Assembly: GCF_009914755.1 (NCBI RefSeq) | Contig: NC_060939.1 | Direction: 5' to 3' (one strand) | DNA length: 64,000 nucleotides | DNA from: the human T2T-CHM13v2.0 reference genome, Homo sapiens | Shown: positions 52,315-64,000 of the stretch, one piece after another | Layout: the number at the start of each line of letters is the position of its first letter | Numbering within the stretch: the first letter of the stretch is position 1 | Notes under the pieces: model-generated | The model's database searches: none | What the model was told of the DNA's origin: nothing | The model's input: only the letters and a program-made list of their open reading frames with translations | Made by a program: the position numbers and the translations under genes

Positions 52315-53155
52315 GTGTTTCTACTCTAGTGTACTCGTGACATTTCTGGCACCAAAAATGTGGGTTGTTTCTTTTTCCAACACCAACAAATTATTTAACT
52401 CTCTGACAACAACTAGGTGTCCAACAATTCAATCAATTCCAACACTAACTACCTGGAGTTAATGCAGACCTCACAGGTTAAGGACTCAGTCCCTCAAGAC
52501 CACCCCAACTTCAGATACCAGTCTCAAGTCCTGGTCCTCCTATGCTTCTAATCAATCTACTAAAAACTGGGGGCTCACACAGCTCCTCCTCTGGTTTGAT
52601 AATTTGCTAGACTGACTTACAGAATCAGGAAAACACTTTATATGTCATTGCCAGTTAATTATAGAGGATACAAGTCAGGAACAGCCAAATGGAAGGGATG
52701 CATAGTGTAAGGTCCTGGGGGAAGGAGGGGTGCACCGAGCTTCCCTGGCCTCTGCAGGTTGGAAGAGATGCGTAGTTCAAGACACTGGGAAAGGAGGGTA
52801 CACAGAACTTCCCTGGCCTCGGCAGGTGTGCCAATGTGCATACCAACTGGAAGGTCTGCAAACCCCGTTGTTTAAGGGTTTTATGGAGGTTTCACTGGGT
52901 AGGCATAATTGATTAAATCACTGGCCATTGGTAATTGGCTCAATCTCCCACCCCTCCCCATTCCCAAGGTTGGGGGCTGGACTAAAAGCTCCAACCCTCT
53001 AATCACGCCTTGGTGTTGCTGGCAGCCAGCCTCCATCCTACAGCTATCTAGGGTCTCAGTCACCATTTGCCTCATTAGCATGCAAAAAGCACTGTTAACA
53101 CTCTCCAGATTACAAGAGTTTTAGGAGCTATATGCCAGGAACCAGAGAAAAAGAC

Positions 53156-53207
<52 letters not shown>

Positions 53208-53227
53208 TTTTTTTTAAATTATATCAC
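52315..53227 (-). mobile_element. MER21 LTR containing (TA)n at ~53159-53204
   Basis: 'acactaactacctggagtta..gcagacctcacaggttaaggactcagtcc', 'ttgattaaatcactggccattggt', 'ttttaggagct...ccaggaacc', end 'atatcaca'. Confidence 0.85.
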
Positions 53228-55989
53228 AGGAGCTTTGAGAACTGAACTGATGGGCAACACCAAAAACAATCCAAGCCTAAACGCAGCAGAATACTGACAC
53301 ACAGGATGAGCAACAGAGTGAGTTTTAGACTGTTTTTCAGCTATGCATGGATCAACTAATTCTAAAGCCTGTGTTTTCTCAGCATTTTCCCTAAGTGAGT
53401 TAAAAATTTTTTTTTTTTCTGAAATCCATCAAAGTTAAGTTTTCTATTACTTGCAGCCAAAGTCATCCTAAATGTAGCCACATAGTAAGCAGAATGGCAT
53501 TCTCAGTTCCTATGACTTAACCCTGTGTCACAGGCTGTTAGTACACTGGCTGTAAGTTACCTTCAAACAGCTTGCACAGGCATATTCACTTTCATTCAAT
53601 TTTGCACTTGATTATAACATTCTCTTAAAATTCAAAAAGCAATGATGGCTTTGCATGCAAAGTCTTCAAAGGTTATCTTATAAAACTCATATACTTTGTC
53701 ATAAAATTATAATGGATCTCGAATTTATAGTACTTATTAGTTCTCAGTGAGAAAATTACCTGTATAAAAATACTATTAAGCAAGAACAGCCATTTTAGCT
53801 GTGACATATATATATATTTCAAATTACATATCTCTTTTGGAGAATGAAATGTTGATGGTATTTTGTTTTGTGGCAGGTGTAGAGATTTCTCATATGTGGG
53901 ATTTGGCCTCAGCCTGGATGTAAAAGGAGAAAAAGAATTCAAAGGAAATGAATACATTGTGATGTTAATGTTAAGCTATTTGTAGATAGAAATGGTGAAC
54001 TACATCTTTCTTTGATTTAATGAGGTATGAAGAGTTACAGAAACATTATACTTTCATTCTTCACTCTCTTGTACCTGCTCCATCAGTGACCCTGGGGGTG
54101 TACTTAAATTACCTCAGCTGAATGGGCTTCAGTCAGTTCTGAGAATGAGGCAGGGTTTAGGCATCAGGTGCCGTGTGTTCACAGGAGAGAAAAAAGGAAT
54201 CTCCTTTAAATAGATGCAGAGAATTCTGAGGGCATATTTAAAGATGATGCATATGTTAACACTGTTTAACATACCAGCATCCCCAGTGTGGGTTCCTATA
54301 TTCATTCATATATTTAAGCCATCAATAAGCAAAAATGTGGAACCCATTCCAGTACTGCCAAGAGGCTTAATCACTTTTGGCTCAGCTTTCAGGCGAGACC
54401 CCTGGAGTATTGTATCCACAGCCCAGGGTCTGACAGGATCTCTTGACAGCTGCCCTTGAAGTAGAGTGAGTAGGTCTGCTAATGAGACACAGGCTTGCTG
54501 GCAAGAGATGGTTTTATTTCAAGTGCCAATCAGCCATACACAGTATTCACTTTTCATTTCAGAGTGAAAGAGCTTCCTCCAAAATTTATACTTGAAAACA
54601 ATGAATATGAACCTGAATTTGAGAACAATGAATTCCATCATGCATGAAAATTGTGAAAATAGCCAGGGCTGGGGATCTTCCCTTCTCAAAGTGGAGGAAG
54701 AAGGACCAAAAACACACTAATGGTGTATGGTTGGTTTCTATCTTCAGCACCTGTTGTACACCAGACCTGGAGGGCCCGGAGACATGGAAGAGAGCCCCTC
54801 TGTTGAGAAGGCACCATCTAAGGTGGCCCGTGGGGTCCAGCCCACCACAGCAGGCACAGTGCTCGCAAAGCCACGATGGAAGACCCAGGTAGGTAACCAG
54901 GATGGTAGGGGCTGCCAGCAGAAGACTTCACAGCTGAAAACTAAGAAGAGAGACTAGAGTCCCCTGCATTCAAGGGAATGGCAGCAGAGTGTGGAGGGTG
55001 GAGAGAGGGCATGTGTGGGTGTGCAAGCCCCTCAAGGTGTCTGTCCTTGCTGCTGTATTGCTGTGCAGGCTGGGTTCTCCCTTGTGACACTGGTTCCCAG
55101 CAGACATCTCCAAGGTGGCCCTGTGATAGGATAGCACTCTGCTCACTAGCACAAGTCTTCTGTAGGCCCCTCCTGGGTACACCATGTAAACAGGCATTTC
55201 TCCTCCCTCAGATGTTTTAGTAAACTAAAAGCCCATTCATGACTTTTGGAGATAATAACTTACAAAAATAGGGTATAAGGAAATATTTATTGCTTTGGTT
55301 TTGCCCAACAGGAAGAACTCAATTTGATTGCCATTTATATTCTCACACTGACCATTTACATCCTTCTTCATCTGTCCATTACAGAAAATTGCGGCAAAGG
55401 ATAATTACAACTTTGTAACGAAAAGCAAAAACAAGAAAGAAAAAGCACCCTCAGAGGCAGAACTCTTGTGACCCCCAAATCCATTAGCACTCGTCTCTCA
55501 TGAAAGGCTGGTCACGAATGCCTGCATTCTTTTGAACTGATCCAATTTGGTTGAAATATCATCAAAATACCTCAATTTTGTTTGGTTCATCTAGACTTTC
55601 AAGAGACATGAGATATGGTTACATTCAGATGTTCGGATTTTTTAAAGTTCATATCTTCTTTCAGATAGAATATTTTTTTCCTTTGAAAATGTAAGTAAGG
55701 TCCCATCCTTCCTGTAATAGAAACCAGCAGACTGCCCACATTTCACCGCCCCTGTGGTCTTCAGGCTTGTCTGCCTCTGCCCCAGGTCTGTCACTCCCCT
55801 GTCTCCAGCCCGCCCACACTGGTACCTCCTGAACATCAGGCTGTCAGTCTGTCAGCCACCCACGGCCCAGCATGCTCTTCCCTCATCATGGCCTTATGTT
55901 GCCCACCCTTCCTAACAGGGCTGTTCTCCATCTCAGTTGGCTGTGCCCATCAGAACCACTCCAGGCCCTCCCAGCATTTCCCATAAACT

Positions 55990-56125
55990 GACAGGGTTAG
56001 TGTGTGATTCTCTGTGTCTGCACCTGAAAATACAAGCAGGGGTCTTTGTATTGCTCATTGATGTGTCCTGAGCATCTAAAGCTGCGTGATATGCAGTAGG
56101 TGTTCACTAAACATTTATTAATAAT
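55990..56125 (+). mobile_element. L2 3' end
   Basis: 'gcagtaggtgttcactaaacatttatt'. Confidence 0.6.
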
Positions 56126-56286
56126 TAATTTTTTATTTATTAATAATGAAAAACAGCCATAAAATTGAATGTCTCCATTTTAAATCATCACATTTTATGT
56201 ACATTTAACTTCACTCAAAGTATTAACTTATTAAAATATCATTTAAAATATTACATATTAAAGTATATTATTAAAATTATATGAGA

Positions 56287-56573
56287 AGCCAGGTACAGTG
56301 GCTCACACCTGTAATCCCAGCACTTTGAGAGGCCATGGTGGGAGTACCATGAGGTCAGGAGTTCAAGACCAGCCTGGCCAACATGGTGAAACCCCGTCTC
56401 TACTAAAAATACAAAAATTAGCTGGGAATAGTGGTGCACGCCTGTAATCCCAGCTACTCAGGAGGCTGATGCAGGAGAATTGCTTGAGCCTGGCAGGCAG
56501 AGGTCGCAGTGGGCCAAGCTTACACCACTGCACTCCAGATAGAGTGAGGCTCTGTCTCAAAAAAAAAAAAAAA
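56287..56573 (+). mobile_element. AluSx-like
   Basis: Full dimer; TSD aaaattatatgaga on both sides. Confidence 0.95.
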
Positions 56574-56579
56574 TTATAT

Positions 56580-58545
56580 GAGAGAAGTGGAGCCAAATGG
56601 CAGAATGGCAGAATAGTGCAATCACTCTCCAGTGATTGCAGAAACATCAATTTGAACAACTATCCATGCACAAAAATACCTTTCCAAGAGCAAAAAAAAA
56701 AAAAAAAAAAAAAAAAATGAGAGATCATGATACCTGGTTGTAGCACAGTCATAAGAAAGAATGCATTGAAAAGGGTAGGAAGGACAGTTTTACATTACCC
56801 ACATCATGCCTTTCCCAACCTCAATCAGTGCAGGATGGAGTGAGATAATGTCTTCTTGGGGGAATGAGAGGAAAGTGAGCACAGGACTTTGCCTTAGGCC
56901 CCAACACTGGGCCTGTCATAGTTAAAACTCAGCACCAGACAGATCCCCATGGACCCAGACTCCAGGTTAGTACCAGCAAACTAAGCTTCCAGACCTGTCC
57001 AGGTGTGGGGCTTCAGGGCTGTGAGGCAGGCTCGACCTCCAGCTCACCCTAGCATTATGCTGGTTATAATAGGCCTGGGTTTGGGGCATGCCCCAGCACC
57101 ATGACAGCCATTGCAGCCTTAGGCTTCCATTGTCTCCTGGCACCACACTGGCCACAGTGGCACCAAAAGTCAGGTCCACCCCCACACCACATTGGCCCTA
57201 GCTGCCCCAGGCTTCAGAACCATGCCAGACAACCAGCTCAAAATCTCTAAACAGGTTGACTGCTGAACGGCTTTACCAGAGAAAGTAAGTCTGCAAAGAC
57301 TGAAATAAGCTCCTACTTCTTGAAATGCACAAACATCAACATATGACCACAAGGATGAAGAGCAATCAGGGAAACATGACATCATCAAAGGGACAAAATA
57401 AAGTGCCAATGACTGAGCCTAAAAAAATGAAGATATATGAACTACCTAACAAAGAATTAAAATTAACTACTAAGGAAGCTTTGTGAACTTCAAGAAAATA
57501 CAGGAGAAAAAAAAATCAGTGAAATGAAGAAAATATTAAGTGGCCAGAATGAGAAATTTAACAGTCAGATTGAAATAATTTTAAAAATCAAGCAGAAATC
57601 CTGGAGGTGAAAAATACAATGAATGACACAAAAAATGCAATAGAGAGCATCAACGTTGGAATTGACCAAACAGAAGAAAGAATCTTCAAACTGGAAGACA
57701 AGTCATTTGAAAATATATAGTCAGAGGGGAAAAAATAGGGAAGAATGAAAAGACATGAAGAAAGCTTACAAAATTTATAGGACAACATCAAAAGAGCAAA
57801 TGTTTGTGTTATAGGAGTTAAAAAGGAGGAAGAGAAAAGGTAGAAAAGATATTTAAAGAAATAATAGCGGAAAACTTTTCAAACCTAGAGAAAGATATAA
57901 ATAACTAGATACAGGAAGGTCAAAGATCTCCAATTAGATTCCATCAAAGCAAGACAAACCCAGGACATATTATAATCAAACTGTCAAAAACCAAAACAAA
58001 GACAAGATCCTGAAAGTAGCAAGAGTAAAGAAGCAAATAAAATAAAAGGAGTTACAATATGGCTAGCAGCAGATTTCTCAGCAGAAACCTTACAGGCCAA
58101 GACAGTAAGATGCTATATTAAAAGTACTGAAGGAGAAAAACAAAACAAAAAAACAAAAAAACAAAACAAAAAACCTGCCAACCAAGAATCTTGTACACAG
58201 CAAAACTGTCTTTCAGAAATAGAGGTGAGGTGAGATACTTTCCCAGACAAAAGCTGAGGGAGTTCAATACCAGACCTATCTTTCAAGAAATGCTCAAAGG
58301 AGTTATTTAAGCTGAAAGAAAAGGATGCTAATGAGTAACAAGAAAACATCTGAAAGTATAAAACTCACTGGTAAAAAGAATGGACATTGGGTGTTCTCAC
58401 CACATAAATGATAACTATGTAAGGTAATACATATGGTAATTAGTGAGGTTTAGTCAATCCACAATGTACATATAGTTTGTAGCATCATACTGTACATGAT
58501 AAATATAAAATTAGATCTGCTAATTAAAAAATAAAATAATAAAAA
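56580..58545 (+). mobile_element. L1MA6/7-type LINE: 5'UTR + decayed ORF1 joined directly to 3' terminus (no ORF2)
   Basis: 5' 'gaagtggagccaaatggcagaat'; ORF1 remnant ~57325-58331 ('gcagatttctcagcagaaaccttacaggcca', ending 'ggatgctaatga'); from 58377 'gtgttctcaccac...atgataactatgtaaggtaatacatatg' 3'UTR and A-rich tail. Confidence 0.85.
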
Positions 58546-59149
58546 TAACTATAAGTGTACATGTTATATTCATAAAATATTAAAATTATTATTTTGAAAT
58601 TGTGTATTACATATGCTAAAATGTGCATTTTCAGAAGAATTTACTCCTGCTTCTTGCAATAGCAGATTAAGTTATTCCTGATGGACTATCCCCAGAGAAC
58701 AATATAAAAGTTGGACAAAATATTTTTGTTGAGAACAGATTACCAGAATTCAAGGATTCCAAATTTCAAGAGTAGGGGGAGGCACCTAGGGCTTCCTGAC
58801 ACTTTTTCCTCAGTTTATTTGTGGACTCTAAGGTGGCATCTGAAAGGCAGGACACAGAGCAGAATGGAGTAGCTGAGAAGCCAGGAAGCTACATGGAGTT
58901 TTCAGTAGTCTCTTGGGGCTAGAAAAATAAAAACCAGGTCTATCCTGCTAAAAGCATTCTTATAAAAGGACTTATTACATAACAACCCCTAAATGCCCCT
59001 GGTTATCTTCCAATTAGCAAATCCCATTAGTATGTTTACAAATAAATCTGGTTGAAGCAAAGAAATAATGGCCTCAAGTGTTGTCACAGAAAACAGAGTC
59101 AAGTTCCCACCTCCTGTAAAATCCTCCCCAGAAGGAAGTTTCTTACCTG

Positions 59150-61305
<2,156 letters not shown>

Positions 61306-61805
61306 ATGAAGGCATCAAGGTTAAGCATCTAACTTAATATCGACAGTCTAGAAGAAGAGTCCAGCATCCCCTTGTCCAATGCCTCTGCTCTACAGGTGGA
61401 CCCTGAGGCACAGAGACCAGTGTGTCTGAGGTTGACTCAGTGGCGGAACCAGGGCAGAGTGAGGTCGCCAGCGTCTTCTAGCACATGGAGCCTCTTTTGC
61501 CTTTTCCTGTCAACATGAACTACTTGAGTTTTCTTTAGTTCCAGATACCTTCGTGATGAAAAATGAGAAGTGGGAAACCCTAAAAATAAATAGGAAATGA
61601 TTTCTTAAAGACCCTTGCCAGGCTGCAGCGTCCTTTAAGGAGAACACTGAAAGAGGACTACCTCATGATTTGGTCAACTCCACCCCTAGGAAGGATCCTG
61701 CGGTGCGTGGTCACCCTGTCTTTATAAGGGATAGCAGTGCTTGACTATTATTTCCAGATTTAAGTTGTTCCTTGGAGAAGCAGTGATGACATGACTGCCT
61801 GCTGA

Positions 61806-62324
<519 letters not shown>

Positions 62325-62924
62325 TGACTCAGGGGTGCAGAGGTACAGGTGAGATTTGCATTTCAGGCCATTTCCCTCAGCACACTACTGTTTAAGGTAC
62401 ATGTTTGACTATACACTGGTTATTTTTTGTGATTGAGTAATAAAACGAATTGGATGTTGTCTTCCACTTTCCTGTCTTGAGAAACTGTTCTGTTGATAAA
62501 TGGCCTTGCTATTTACATCTGCTTCCATAGACGTGACTTACAGCACAGTGTGCTGTGCCCATATGCTGCTTTCAGAAATGTTGTTTAGAATAAAAGGCCA
62601 ATAAGGTTGGCATTTCTGAGCTCTGTGACCAGCCCTGTGCTTGGGTGTGACTCCCTATTTCCAGCAGGGCCAGCTTGAGTGTTCTTGGCTGTGGAGGGAC
62701 AGAAAAAGATCAAAAGGTCCCCTACATTTTTTACCAGAGGCCAGCCCCCGTGCCCGTCCTCCCAATTCAGACACAACCCGGGAGCCACAGGCTGCAGCCC
62801 TGACCATCGCCCCTGGGAGGGTCAGGGAAGGACATCAAAGCCTTCCTGGGTCCACTCGTGCAGCTGGTCATCTCTCCACTAGGAGAGAAGAAGAAGGAGA
62901 GGTGAAGGGTGACTTAACCTAATT

Positions 62925-63065
62925 CATCAATTTAGTCAACAAAAGTACATGCAGTGCAAGTATGTATGGGCATTTTGCCATGTGCTGGAAATGCAGAGTT
63001 GAGTTACACATGGTCCTTGATTTCTAAGGACCTCATGGGGAGGACAAGCAGGTGAACAAGTGCTT
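62925..63065 (-). mobile_element. L2 3' end fragment
   Basis: 'ttcatcaatttagtcaacaaa...tgtgctggaaatgcagag...acatggtccttg'. Confidence 0.6.
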
Positions 63066-63643
63066 ATTAAATATTGATCCTGATGACTGGAATCAGCAGA
63101 TTAATTCAGATCCTGCCTGAAGAAGCAGTGATCTCTGCTCCCCGTGTACCAGCAGAGCTGGGCATAGGCACAGGCTGGGTCGGCCGAGCCCAAGGTGCAC
63201 CCTGCTCTGTCTCTGTCCCTACACAGTCAGCAGATCTGAGAGAAGCTCCCATGCTTGTCTCACGAGTCTCCAGCCTCCTGAAATGAGTCCTATTCCTCCT
63301 CATCCATCCCACCTAACTCCCCGAGGAGCAGACCTGCAAGAAGCTTGGAGGCCCCTTGCTGAGTTTGATAACAGTAAGTAGAGTAGAGGAAGCTGAAGGC
63401 TCAGCAGCATTTCCAGAGCTGTGGATAACAGCAGGGTGAGTGAGCAGCAAGGCTTTCCAGCACATCCTTGTGTACAGCACAGCTCTTATCTCAGGCCTGC
63501 TTACGGCGGAGGCCTCTAACCCTCACCAAGACAAAATGTCTCTGTCTTAGATCATGAAAATATAACTACGACTTCACCAACTGGACACTTCAAAATGGAG
63601 ATCTCTGAGAAACACATCCCTTACACACATAGAAGATTCCTAT

Positions 63644-64000
63644 TGTCAAATTAAAACCAAACCCAGACTTAGGCAAGGAGAGACTGTATCCAAAAGGAAC
63701 ATTGCCATTGGGGGAAGGACTGCTGCATGGGGGAGGCTTTGACCATCAGACCTGCAAGCGTCCCAAAGGCCAGAAAGAAAGGGATTCTCTTTCATAGGGA
63801 GGGGTAGGCACAGCTATAAAGAACAGGGTATGGTAAGAGGAGTGAGCCGGTGTCGTGACCCCACGGTTGAGCAGAAAACATTCTCAGTGGACATGAGAAA
63901 GGATGGGTCTGCATCTGGCGGTGGGACAGAATCCTGAGTACGGTTGGGCAAGTCAAGTTACTGAATGTTTTGTCCAGATTGAGGAGTGGGGACAAAGTCC
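63644..64000 (-). mobile_element. ERV1 (MER31/MER67-like) LTR, truncated by window end
   Basis: 'tgtcaa...aaggagagactgtatccaaaagga...ccatcagacctgcaag...aaaggccagaaagaaagggatt' is the reverse complement homologue of 4290-4640. Confidence 0.75.

Noticed and set aside
57325-58331. Intact or domesticated L1 ORF1p
   Set aside because: The ORF track shows no long plus-strand ORF here; the frame is broken.

Overview
Primate (human-like) non-coding genomic DNA, identified by AluJ/AluS/AluY, THE1/MST, LTR12 and L1PA elements. I find no protein-coding gene, RNA gene or prokaryotic-type system. The supplied ORFs are chance frames in Alus, microsatellites, LTRs or GC-rich DNA. A large part of the window is transposable elements, often nested and with readable target-site duplications (TSDs): solo ERV1/ERVL LTRs (MER4, MER39-like, LTR10B-like, LTR12, MER21, two MER31/MER67-like), many MaLR LTRs including two MLT1E-like elements that keep their internal region, old L1M fragments, L2, MIR and DNA transposons (MER82, MER58, MER5A). 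The best leads are: (1) an LTR12 whose NF-Y/Sp1/TATA promoter is near-intact while the part just downstream looks much more diverged, has lost its poly(A) signal, gained a strong splice donor and is followed by CpG-retaining DNA, suggesting a long-active germline promoter; (2) an L1MA copy made of 5'UTR + ORF1 joined to the 3' end at what look like splice sites, i.e. a spliced ORF1-only retrocopy, plus a second L1MA with both ends but no middle; (3) several palindromes that look like template-switch products; (4) a 16-bp VNTR repeating a nuclear-receptor half-site. Repeat names come from recalled consensus sequences, not from a search, and boundaries without a TSD are approximate.
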